Part shown: positions 1 through 7,089 of the stretch, one piece after another
How positions within the stretch are numbered: the stretch's first letter is position 1
Layout of the letters: each line of letters starts with the position of its first letter
Virus record (IMG/VR): IMGVR_UViG_2690316105_000002
Span: 1 to 13,791 of that record
Direction: 5' to 3' (one strand)
From: a virus
Taxonomy: Duplodnaviria > Heunggongvirae > Uroviricota > Caudoviricetes
DNA: 13,791 nucleotides
Notes under the pieces: model-generated
What the model saw: only the letters and a program-made list of their open reading frames with translations
What the model was told of the DNA's origin: nothing
The model's database searches: none
Made by a program: the position numbers and the translations under genes

Positions 1-53
1 GGGAAAAATATCATCAGATGGCTGCTTAAAAAAAGAACAAATGGTAGTGTCCG

Positions 54-1643
54 CTATTGCCAGTACACCTCAGTTCGCTCCTCCGGTTCGCTGTTCTGGT
101 GCTGTTTATCTTCAGTCTGTCGCACTTTATTTTCCGTTTTTTTGACTTCATTTGAGGAGATATGATGACCGGGAATCCATTTCGAATCATTCGGGTCGCT
201 AATCCCTTCAACAAATTCTCCGCGAGAGGCAGCCAGTAATTTGTCTGCATCGACAGGATTTTTGGGCGGAATGTTTTTCCGGGCTTCATGGAGTTCTGTC
301 CGCAGTTTCTGATATTTCGCATCAACAGCATTTACCTGTGACTGAGCATCCAGCGGCTGCGTGTCCTGATGATGTTCAGTTGCATCCGGTTCCACTGTTT
401 CAGCCGTTGCCTGTTCATCTGCCATTGCGCAAGATGGTTGCGGTTTTTCTTCATCATCCTGTTTTCCTTCTTCTGTTACACGCTGCGGCATCGGGGCAGA
501 GGAGCGACCGCAGGCAATATCCACGATTTCCGGATCAGGGTTGGCATGATCGGTTTCAGTCAGTACCTTGTTCAGATATTCAGTGACGTGCGCGGGGATG
601 ACCTCGATCCCAATTGGTGCTTCTTTTACGGACGCAACCACGATGGCGCGGGAATAATCCAGCCCGCCAGGCATGGTGATGAATTTGTCGCGGAAAACAG
701 AAAAGGGCGGTTTATTTTCAGCGATAATTTCCTCAATGCGTTTAGCGTGTGCCGGATGAAGGTTATAGATGTCCAGATCCATTGAACGGGCCAGTACGCC
801 AGTGGCTACGTCGCGCGCCAGTGACGTCAGATCGTGTACGAAACCTTCGCCGCGATCGGTGAGGTTTCCGCCGCCAGCATTAGCACCGGAAGCCGTGCGA
901 GTGATGTGTGAAACACGATTACCCTTCATCCACTCTTTTGTCAGCAGTCCTCGATCGGTGTAGTCAGCGTTCAGGTATGCTTCGAAAAAAGCAGTTATCA
1001 GTCCCAGGCTTGAATTACCAGGATTAGGGAAAACTTTGTCAGTGTCACGAACCAGTTTGTGGAGATCGCGAATTTCCAGCGGGTCGAGCAGGCTGGTTTT
1101 GTGGGAAACAGCCAGGGCAGTAACAGCCGGTAGTTCTTCAGCCCGAGCAATGTGTAATGCCTGGAGTCCGTCGCGTGAAACGTGCGTTACCGGTTTTTCG
1201 CTGCCGTGTTGAGCAAGCCAGCGAATGGGCAGTTCCTGACCGGAAACTGGCAGGAGCATGTTCTCCTCAATTTCTGTCATGTCTTCGCCGTTGACGTTGG
1301 TATTGTCAGTGCTGGCTGGTTTGTCCTGAACAGAGGGAGAAGATGCGATAAATACCATTGTGATGCCATCTTCCCCGCCTTTTTCGTAACGGTTGCAGAA
1401 TTCCGTATCAAACACGCCTTCTGGTGGGAGGTCATCAACAACGGGCAAATTGACGCGAACAGGTTTTTTAAAGTCATCTTCATCGTAGCCAGCATCGTCA
1501 ATCGCAACAGCACCACGGGAGATGGCAATGGATAATTTTTTCGCTTCAGCCCAGTAAAAACCGCCTTTAATACCGAGGCGTTTTCTTACTTTGTCATTTT
1601 TTGCTTCGTAATACAGTGGGTAAACTTGTTTATCGGTGCTCAT
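54..1643 (-). CDS. hypothetical phage early-left-operon protein, 529 aa, with acidic low-complexity C-terminal tail; family not assignable by eye
   Basis: Longest ORF in the window; last of four tightly spaced minus-strand genes (23-nt gap to the upstream ORF); protein-like composition. No recognisable catalytic motif found. Confidence 0.6.
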   Translation of the reverse strand: MSTDKQVYPLYYEAKNDKVRKRLGIKGGFYWAEAKKLSIAISRGAVAIDDAGYDEDDFKKPVRVNLPVVDDLPPEGVFDTEFCNRYEKGGEDGITMVFIASSPSVQDKPASTDNTNVNGEDMTEIEENMLLPVSGQELPIRWLAQHGSEKPVTHVSRDGLQALHIARAEELPAVTALAVSHKTSLLDPLEIRDLHKLVRDTDKVFPNPGNSSLGLITAFFEAYLNADYTDRGLLTKEWMKGNRVSHITRTASGANAGGGNLTDRGEGFVHDLTSLARDVATGVLARSMDLDIYNLHPAHAKRIEEIIAENKPPFSVFRDKFITMPGGLDYSRAIVVASVKEAPIGIEVIPAHVTEYLNKVLTETDHANPDPEIVDIACGRSSAPMPQRVTEEGKQDDEEKPQPSCAMADEQATAETVEPDATEHHQDTQPLDAQSQVNAVDAKYQKLRTELHEARKNIPPKNPVDADKLLAASRGEFVEGISDPNDSKWIPGHHISSNEVKKTENKVRQTEDKQHQNSEPEERTEVYWQ

Positions 1644-1666
1644 TGTTTTTTAACCTCAACTCATAT

Positions 1667-1963
1667 TCAGATTGCATAAAAGAAACGAACTGATGATGCG
1701 ATATGAGAGAGTTCTTTCAGTCGTTGATAACTGATACCGTATTTCTTGTCAGCCTCTTCAATGCGAGCTGTGAGTAATGCAATTCCTTTAATGGCACATA
1801 CACAACAATCAAATGTTCCCAGAACGTAACCGTCATCAATAATTACCGTGACGTTTTCTTTTTGGGAAATCTGAATGAAACTATGTAATGTATTCCCACA
1901 TTTAAATTCGGCGAGAGAATCGTTAATAACATCAAGTTCAATTTCACATTCAATAATGCTCAT
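1667..1963 (-). CDS. hypothetical small protein, 98 aa, AT-rich gene
   Basis: ORF track 1667..2011; the internal ATG at 1963 is preceded by an AAGGAA Shine-Dalgarno on the minus strand, whereas the 2011 start has none. AT-rich relative to flanks. Confidence 0.5.
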   Translation of the reverse strand: MSIIECEIELDVINDSLAEFKCGNTLHSFIQISQKENVTVIIDDGYVLGTFDCCVCAIKGIALLTARIEEADKKYGISYQRLKELSHIASSVRFFYAI

Positions 1964-2037
1964 TGCTGTTTCCTTTTTTAAGGTTGAGTGAATCCCTGCC
2001 ATTGCTGGCATAAATTCAGATTCGAATATTCAGTTAA

Positions 2038-2319
2038 TTAAAGTTCGTGTGCCATCTTGTCTTTTTCGGCACAAGCTGCACTGCAATATTTTCGTTTCTT
2101 TCTGGCAATCATGTTTCCATGCATATAAATAAGCTCGCCAGTAAAAGCTTTTTCAGGTAAAAACTGTTTATTGCAGAGATGGTAATCACATTGTATTAAA
2201 TCCGGGTCACCTTTTTGCTGGAGAATTTTTCTGATTCTCCACAGCCATTTTTTAATCCCGGTATGACTGATGGTCTGCCTGAGGGCAGGTGTAAAACAAT
2301 AATCAAGCATGGGGTTCAT
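2038..2319 (-). CDS. hypothetical small Cys/His-containing protein, about 93 aa (alternative start 2325)
   Basis: ORF track 2038..2325; GGAG lies 8 nt upstream of the ATG at 2319 but only 2 nt from the ATG at 2325. Paired Cys spacings (C-x4-C and C-x3-C) suggest a possible zinc ribbon. AT-rich. Confidence 0.5.
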   Translation of the reverse strand: MNPMLDYCFTPALRQTISHTGIKKWLWRIRKILQQKGDPDLIQCDYHLCNKQFLPEKAFTGELIYMHGNMIARKKRKYCSAACAEKDKMAHEL

Positions 2320-2335
2320 ATCCATAGCTCCATTT

Positions 2336-2890
2336 TTATTTTAAGGAAAGCAACTGCTCTACGGTCATGTTTTTAATTGCGCCCCGGTTAACAAGAGTCC
2401 ATCCCTGTTTTTCCAGATAAAACCGGAAAGTCTCCAGGGTACAGACCAGTGCGCCATCAGGAACGGTTTCGGTGAATTCGACATTGCCGAATTTGTCGAA
2501 GTGAACAACCAGAGTGCGACCATCACCCGGAATCATCTTGTCAGCAGGTGGGGTGTTATTCTGGCGCAGTTCGGCCTCCATGCGGTCGAACTCAGCAATG
2601 TAGGCTTCCTTGAATGCGGCGGCTTTTTTGCCAGTGAAGCCCATCACCAGGAAAACGAAGCCGTTTTTGGTGATTTGGTACATGGGGAGTTTGCGTCCGG
2701 TTGAGTCGGTATATTCGCTCGACACAAAATTGTGCCCAGTGAATTTTGCTGAACAGTCCAGATTGCGAATTTTATCCAGCACTCGTTCATGGCGCTTGCC
2801 AAAGAACTCTGCGATTGCAACAGACGTAGTGACAGCGCGACCATTTTCGATGGTTACGTCAGGGTGAGAAAGGGCAGGGATAGTAGCCAT
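2336..2890 (-). CDS. rha: Rha-family phage regulatory protein
   Basis: N-terminal segment VTTSVAIAEFFGKRHERVLDKIRNL matches the conserved Rha-domain core as recalled; AAGGAGG Shine-Dalgarno 8 nt upstream of the ATG at 2890. Confidence 0.75.
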   Translation of the reverse strand: MATIPALSHPDVTIENGRAVTTSVAIAEFFGKRHERVLDKIRNLDCSAKFTGHNFVSSEYTDSTGRKLPMYQITKNGFVFLVMGFTGKKAAAFKEAYIAEFDRMEAELRQNNTPPADKMIPGDGRTLVVHFDKFGNVEFTETVPDGALVCTLETFRFYLEKQGWTLVNRGAIKNMTVEQLLSLK

Positions 2891-3155
2891 TTTAGTGGCC
2901 TCCTTAACTGTTTTAGTCTGCGATTACCAGTTAGTAGCTGGTGATCGGGTGTCAACTAGAGCCAGTTAAGAAGCTCCGGGCATATTCCCCTTACGGGTAT
3001 TGTATTACGCCTCTCCACCCGATCTTTGTACGGATGTGCCGTATTTCAGGCATAAAAAAGCCGCAAGGCTATCGGGTGCGGATGACCGCTTAACTGTTTC
3101 TAGTGCGATCATCTTGCAACAATGCAGGTTGCTTTGTCAATATCCCGGATATCAG

Positions 3156-3190
3156 AAAGCAAAAACCCCTGAACTGGTGGGGACAGGGGC
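3156..3190 (-). terminator. rho-independent terminator downstream of the toxin gene
   Basis: Minus-strand hairpin CAGGGG / CCCCTG (plus 3166..3171 and 3184..3189) followed by a T-tract (plus-strand A5 at 3161..3165), just 3' of the ORF ending at 3210. Confidence 0.6.
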
Positions 3191-3209
3191 GCTACTAAAT
3201 GTGTAATTG

Positions 3210-3530
3210 CTAAACTCTGATCAATCGTCTGAACAGTAACTGTTTAATATCCTGACGTTGGGAAAGAATCACGTGTGCAGTGATAATATCCTCCTCGACA
3301 GAGTACAGCACTCTGTAGCCTTCTGGTGTGTTGCACTCTCTGTATTTAGCCACGCCAAGCTTGAGCAACTCCGGGCATAACTGACATCCGGACGGGAATG
3401 CAGTAACTCTTGTTTCAAATCGCTCAAGAATTTCTGCTATTACAGGGCGTGGGTCAATGTCGTTACTCCGGAGATGGTCGGCAATTTGCTCAAGGCTTGT
3501 TCTGGCGGTAAGTGTGTATTCAACCTGCAT
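3210..3530 (-). CDS. parE: type II toxin, RelE/ParE superfamily (ParE-like), 106 aa
   Basis: Size and C-terminal pattern (GYRVLYSVEEDIITAHVILSQRQD) typical of ParE/RelE-fold toxins; starts 8 nt after the stop of a Phd/YefM-like ORF. Confidence 0.7.
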   Translation of the reverse strand: MQVEYTLTARTSLEQIADHLRSNDIDPRPVIAEILERFETRVTAFPSGCQLCPELLKLGVAKYRECNTPEGYRVLYSVEEDIITAHVILSQRQDIKQLLFRRLIRV

Positions 3531-3538
3531 AGTTAACC

Positions 3539-3772
3539 TTAGTTGTTAAAGCTATCCAGCAACTGTGCTTTTGAAAACACGCGACCTTCAGACTTGTCGT
3601 TTTCTGAAATAGTGAGAAGTTTCAGTAACGCAATAGCGTTCTCGCGTTCCTGTTGCTGCTCATAGGATTCAATTACGTATGCAGGAACACCATTCTGCGT
3701 GACAAGAATGGGTTCCGCCAGGTCCAGTGAGGCTGCGTTTTTCTTGATGTAGCTGATAGTTTCTATTTTCAT
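3539..3772 (-). CDS. phd: type II antitoxin, Phd/YefM family, 77 aa
   Basis: Small ORF directly upstream of the toxin; N-terminal region (ILVTQNGVPAYVIESYEQQQEREN) resembles Phd/YefM antitoxins; AAGGAA Shine-Dalgarno upstream of the ATG. Confidence 0.65.
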   Translation of the reverse strand: MKIETISYIKKNAASLDLAEPILVTQNGVPAYVIESYEQQQERENAIALLKLLTISENDKSEGRVFSKAQLLDSFNN

Positions 3773-3832
3773 ATGGGTGTTCCTTTTTTCATTGGGAGTT
3801 ATAATTTAGTCTGAATTTAGTTTTCTCGCAAG
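3773..3832 (-). promoter_or_regulatory. candidate promoter/operator of the phd-parE operon
   Basis: Minus strand reads TTGCGA-N17-TAAATT upstream of the phd ribosome-binding site, with tandem ACTAAATT direct repeats that could be the autoregulatory operator. Confidence 0.3.
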
Positions 3833-4173
3833 TGGCGGAAGCCGCCAGTTTGGTTTGTTCAAAAAGTCACATCCCGACCCTGCGTTCCGGTTCTGCGGAT
3901 ATATCAGGGCATTCGGCGGCACCCCGAATTGTGGTTTACGTGACAGCCCGGTTCATATTGTTAAAGAGCGGCGGATTTCAGGTGTGGAAATCCCCTGCAC
4001 GAATAACGGTTAATTCGCGCATAATTAATTAAATAAATTTTGTTGATGCGGTGCCTGGTGCCTCCAGGTGACGTTAACCAGTTAACAATTAACGCCGGAA
4101 TAAGGGATTTTCCTTACTGTTTTAACTGTTCCGCGTGCGCTCAGCCGCATTCACCGCATCACAAAATTCACTT

Positions 4174-4235
4174 TAAAAAGGGCGGCAGAGCAAAACTGAT
4201 GCCGCCAAAAGTTTCATCGCCAACAACTCAATCTG
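4174..4235 (-). ncRNA. dicF: candidate DicF-like small RNA (3' end defined by an intrinsic terminator)
   Basis: Minus strand ends ...UUUUGGCGGCAUCAGUUUUGCUCUGCCGCCCUUUUU: a GGCGGCA/TGCCGCC stem plus U-tract resembling the DicF 3' end as recalled. Sits downstream of the ydfABC-like ORFs, as DicF does in Qin. A 10-bp inverted repeat (4248..4257 with 4277..4286) lies just 5'. Confidence 0.4.
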
Positions 4236-4536
4236 GAGATGTTGTGGCGGGTTGTCACTTAATCGTATGGTCAACCTGACAACCCGGTGGACATTTGCGA
4301 GGAACGGAGAAACCCCGCCATACTTACCGCCGCGCCATTTCGCGGATTGCCACAACCGGAAGCGCACGGTCGGCGAAAATTTAACGACAGGCTATCTATG
4401 ACCAGCTACCTCGCCGTGCGCTTTCGTGTTGTGTGCCTGCTTTTAACCACGTCAGGCGAGGTGGTTCCTGTTATTCCCCAACAACAAGAAATTTGTATAA
4501 TCTGAATACCCCAACAATAAGAAGAGTGAGCAAGTG

Positions 4537-5004
4537 ATGTTTGATCTATCATTAGCGATGTCAGCTCTCAAAGAGACTGCATCAATGTTAAAATTATTCA
4601 ATGAAGCAAAAACTCAGGCTGAGGTTGATCGCGCTGTGTCTGAAATAAACTCTAAGTTGTCAAGCATTCAGCTTGAATATTTGTCTCTCATTGATGAGCT
4701 GACAATCTCTAAAAGCAATGAGGCTGCGCTCAAAGCAAAACTCACGGAGATAGAAAAGTTTAAGTTCCAAAGTGAAGACTGCGAACCTCGCCAATTGATT
4801 ACTGGAACGATTGTGTATGCCAGACAGTGCAATACTAGCTCTGGCAAGATTACCATGTATTTTTGTCCAGAATGTTTTGCGAAGAGAGCAATATCTATAT
4901 TGCAACCTTTCCCTATCGAGGAAGGCGATAAATATACGAAAACTCAATGTCCCTCCTGTAAAAATGAGTATCTCATGGACTACAATTTCAATAATGATTT
5001 TTGA
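4537..5004 (+). CDS. hypothetical coiled-coil protein with C-terminal four-Cys zinc-ribbon motif (CPEC...CPSC), 155 aa
   Basis: Clean ORF with GAG-containing ribosome-binding site and its own -10 (TATAAT at 4496..4501); strongly AT-rich versus flanks; opposite orientation to the surrounding left operon. Confidence 0.6.
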   Translation: MFDLSLAMSALKETASMLKLFNEAKTQAEVDRAVSEINSKLSSIQLEYLSLIDELTISKSNEAALKAKLTEIEKFKFQSEDCEPRQLITGTIVYARQCNTSSGKITMYFCPECFAKRAISILQPFPIEEGDKYTKTQCPSCKNEYLMDYNFNNDF

Positions 5005-5122
5005 GTCAAGGTATTCAGATTTTTAAAGAACATGCCGGATACTCACCCGTGTCCGGCGCACGCACTCCACCTCACCCGTGGAGAACTCCTTAATTACCAA
5101 CCTTGGCTTCGTTGGTTAGCCA

Positions 5123-5341
5123 TTAACGCTGGTATGTAATCATTCTGGCAATGCTTAATGCCGCTGCTTTTTCCAGCCTGGTGATATCCTGCTCCTGAGC
5201 GGACAGATTTTCGGCCTCCTTAGCCCGGGCTTCATTGGCCCACTTCAGGTCCTGCGCAGCCTGAATTTTCTGGTGCATCCACTCATAAAGTTCATCATCG
5301 GTATAGTCTGGCGCGATGATGACGGGGTCACGTTTCTGCAT
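5123..5341 (-). CDS. ydfC: small early-left-operon protein, 72 aa (YdfC-like by size and order)
   Basis: ORF track; GAGGA ribosome-binding site; third in a 51/42/72-aa series matching Qin ydfA-ydfB-ydfC lengths as recalled. Confidence 0.5.
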   Translation of the reverse strand: MQKRDPVIIAPDYTDDELYEWMHQKIQAAQDLKWANEARAKEAENLSAQEQDITRLEKAAALSIARMITYQR

Positions 5342-5370
5342 ACCGATTCCTCGCGGTGCTGTTTCGCTTA

Positions 5371-5499
5371 TCAGCCGTTAGATTTTGCCGAACTGGAAAG
5401 CGCCTGTTTAAACTCACTGAAGCTGAGAGCTTCTTCGCCTTCGGCAAGGCCTTCGAAGTATTCTTCGTAAGCCTTTTTCATGATTGTGTCGAAATCCAT
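5371..5499 (-). CDS. ydfB: small early protein, 42 aa (YdfB-like by size and order)
   Basis: Hand-translated (below the track cutoff): MDFDTIMKKAYEEYFEGLAEGEEALSFSEFKQALSSSAKSNG. GGTGAG Shine-Dalgarno; its ATG is 1 nt from the upstream gene's TAA (TAATATG). Confidence 0.45.
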   Translation of the reverse strand: MDFDTIMKKAYEEYFEGLAEGEEALSFSEFKQALSSSAKSNG

Positions 5500-5500
5500 A

Positions 5501-5656
5501 TTACTCACCTGAGTTTCTTTCCAGCCAGCGACGCGCGCCAGATTCGGTTTTAAACGTTTTGCTTTTGGTATACGTCATCGCGGTGAACGTGCCGTCCTGG
5601 TTGGGAAACACGCCACACACCAGGGATTCGTTGTTGCCAAGATCGATAGTATCCAT
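5501..5656 (-). CDS. ydfA: small early protein, 51 aa (YdfA-like by size and order)
   Basis: Hand-translated: MDTIDLGNNESLVCGVFPNQDGTFTAMTYTKSKTFKTESGARRWLERNSGE. Ribosome-binding site GGAAATGAGG; first gene after the PL-like promoter. Confidence 0.45.
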   Translation of the reverse strand: MDTIDLGNNESLVCGVFPNQDGTFTAMTYTKSKTFKTESGARRWLERNSGE

Positions 5657-5729
5657 GCTGACCTCATTTCCCCTTAACGCCGGGTGGCGGAACTAAAACC
5701 TGTCGCACCGTTGTGCTTTGATGGAATAC

Positions 5730-5758
5730 ATTGTTCTCTTTAAATGAACATATGTCAA
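5730..5758 (-). promoter_or_regulatory. early-left (PL-like) promoter with embedded 17-bp operator
   Basis: Minus strand TTGACA (5753..5758), 17-nt spacer, AACAAT (5730..5735). Operator GTTCTCTTTAAATGAAC (5733..5749) is a near copy of the operator at the PR-like promoter. Confidence 0.55.
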
Positions 5759-5778
5759 CATTATGAATTCATAAAAGG

Positions 5779-5810
5779 CAAAAAAAACCGCCTTTCGGCG
5801 GTATTGTTTT
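5779..5810 (-). terminator. rho-independent terminator after the repressor gene
   Basis: CCGCC-TTTC-GGCGG hairpin (5788..5801) flanked by an A-tract on one side and a T-tract on the other; minus strand reads hairpin then TTTTTTTT. Confidence 0.7.
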
Positions 5811-5823
5811 GTAAAATAAAGAA

Positions 5824-6213
5824 TTATTTTTGACGCGTTGCTGGGTCAACGTATTCTGAATAAAATTCAGTCAGTTTTTGAAGTCGCATTTGAAAAGCTG
5901 CAAGCATATTTCTGCGTTCTACAGGTGGCAGATTTCTGTAAACATCAAGCAGGGCTTTCTCATCATCATCAAGTGTCTCTCTATTGCTATCTTCTTTTCC
6001 TGTCAGCAACCAGGAAAGGGATACGTTTGTAGCTTCTGCAATTTTTGCCGCGGAATCTTTACTGATTGTTCCTCTTTTTTTCCATGCGTTAACTGACGAG
6101 CGACCTACACCAGCGATACGCGCTAAATCTGAACCGCTTAAGTGATGCTGTTGCGAGATCGTATCTAACCTTTCTGCCAGCGGGGTGTCGTATTGCTTTT
6201 TTCTCATGTCCAT
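5824..6213 (-). CDS. prophage repressor, HTH (XRE-type), DicA/CI-like, 129 aa, no peptidase domain
   Basis: Helix-turn-helix segment (SGSDLARIAGVGRSSVNAWKKRG); divergent from a Cro-like gene; followed by a terminator and the left-operon promoter. Too short for a LexA-like autocleavage domain. Confidence 0.8.
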   Translation of the reverse strand: MDMRKKQYDTPLAERLDTISQQHHLSGSDLARIAGVGRSSVNAWKKRGTISKDSAAKIAEATNVSLSWLLTGKEDSNRETLDDDEKALLDVYRNLPPVERRNMLAAFQMRLQKLTEFYSEYVDPATRQK

Positions 6214-6295
6214 TTGGCAATTATAACCGTTCAGTGAACACTAACAATTTCTCAGGGTGTTGACTTACGTTCTTTTTAAGTGAACAATTGTTGTG
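6214..6295. promoter_or_regulatory. divergent PRM-like / PR-like promoters with operators
   Basis: PR-like (plus): TTGACT 6260..6265, 17 nt, AACAAT 6283..6288, with operator GTTCTTTTTAAGTGAAC at 6269..6285. PRM-like (minus): TTGTTA, 16 nt, TATAAT (plus 6220..6225) ending 7 nt before the repressor ATG. Extra palindrome GTTCAGTGAAC at 6229..6239. Confidence 0.6.
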
Positions 6296-6317
6296 TTTGA
6301 TTGAAGTGGAGGATTGT

Positions 6318-6593
6318 ATGACTGCTTTGGATAAAGCAATAAAGATTGCTGGTGGTATTCGCCCGTTAGGGCGCGCAATAGGGGCCTGGCCGTCCCAAAT
6401 ACACAAATGGGTAAATGAATACCATGGTCGAGTGCCGACAGGAGAACGAGTTCGCCAAATTTACCTTGCAACTGGGGTTACTCCTCATGAGTTGCGGCCA
6501 GATTTGTACCCCAACCCAACCGACGGTTTACCTGTTGGATGTAAGGCTAGCACACAAAATTCACGGGGGATGATTCATGAAAATCAGGCATGA
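6318..6593 (+). CDS. Cro-like HTH regulator (YdaS-like), 91 aa
   Basis: GGAGGA Shine-Dalgarno 4 nt before the ATG at 6318 (the track's TTG start at 6288 is less likely); first gene of the right operon. Confidence 0.7.
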   Translation: MTALDKAIKIAGGIRPLGRAIGAWPSQIHKWVNEYHGRVPTGERVRQIYLATGVTPHELRPDLYPNPTDGLPVGCKASTQNSRGMIHENQA

Positions 6594-6999
6594 GCACATC
6601 GAATCAGTGTTGTTAGCCCTGGCAGCCGAAAAAGGGCAGGCGTGGGTTGCCAACGCACTGACTGAAGAATATCTGCGCCAGGGGGGAGGTGAATTGTCTC
6701 TGACACCAGGCAAGGACTGGAATAATCAGCAGAACATCTATCATCGTTGGTTAAAAGGTGAAACGAAAGCGCAAAGGGAAAAAATTCAGAAACTGATCCC
6801 TGCGGTTCTGGCAATTCTTCCGCGTGAGCTGCGTCACCGACTCTGTATCTTCGATACCCTGGAACGCCGTGCATTACTGGCGGCGCAGGAAGCGTTGAGT
6901 ACGGCAATTGATGCGCATGATGACGCAGTTCAGGCCGTTTACCGGAAAGCACATTTCAGCGGTGGTGGGTCGTCCGACGATTCTGTCGTTGTGCATTGA
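6577..6999 (+). CDS. CII-like / YdaT-like protein, 140 aa
   Basis: Overlaps the Cro-like gene by 17 nt; GGGGGA ribosome-binding site; size and position match YdaT-family proteins as recalled. Confidence 0.6.
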   Translation: MKIRHEHIESVLLALAAEKGQAWVANALTEEYLRQGGGELSLTPGKDWNNQQNIYHRWLKGETKAQREKIQKLIPAVLAILPRELRHRLCIFDTLERRALLAAQEALSTAIDAHDDAVQAVYRKAHFSGGGSSDDSVVVH

Positions 7000-7089
7000 T
7001 GTTTATGCCGAACCTCCTCTGGTTCTGTTGATTGGGGAATCACAGATTATATCCGGAGGAAGGTTCGGCACCAGACGAGGTTTCTATAT

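Noticed and set aside
26-331. 101-aa minus-strand ORF from the track
   Set aside because: Lies wholly inside the 529-aa ORF in another frame; arginine/lysine-rich junk-like composition; no ribosome-binding site.
338-1535. Plus-strand ORFs at 338..586, 369..785, 769..963 and 1182..1535, and minus-strand 1277..1528
   Set aside because: All are embedded in or antisense to the long 529-aa gene, with Arg/Cys/Pro/Phe-rich compositions typical of out-of-frame translation.
3049-3068. Second small terminator-like hairpin (AGCC-TTGC-GGCT plus T6 on the minus strand)
   Set aside because: Stem of only 4 bp; too weak to call beside the clearer terminator at 3156..3190.
2891-3155. Promoter for the rha cluster (minus-strand TTGACA near 3000)
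   Set aside because: A perfect -35 exists but no acceptable -10 at 16-19 nt spacing; left uncalled.
3832-4505. Track ORFs 3832..4032, 4040..4279, 4287..4505 (plus) and 4173..4367 (minus)
   Set aside because: Non-protein-like compositions, no ribosome-binding sites, and they overlap hairpins and the candidate sRNA terminator; the region is better explained as structured non-coding DNA.
5501-5760. N-like antiterminator as first gene of the left operon
   Set aside because: The first ORF is 51 aa and not arginine-rich; no N-like ORF is present. I did not try to identify nut-like sites.
5824-6213. LexA-like autocleaving repressor
   Set aside because: At 129 aa the protein has no room for a peptidase domain after the HTH.
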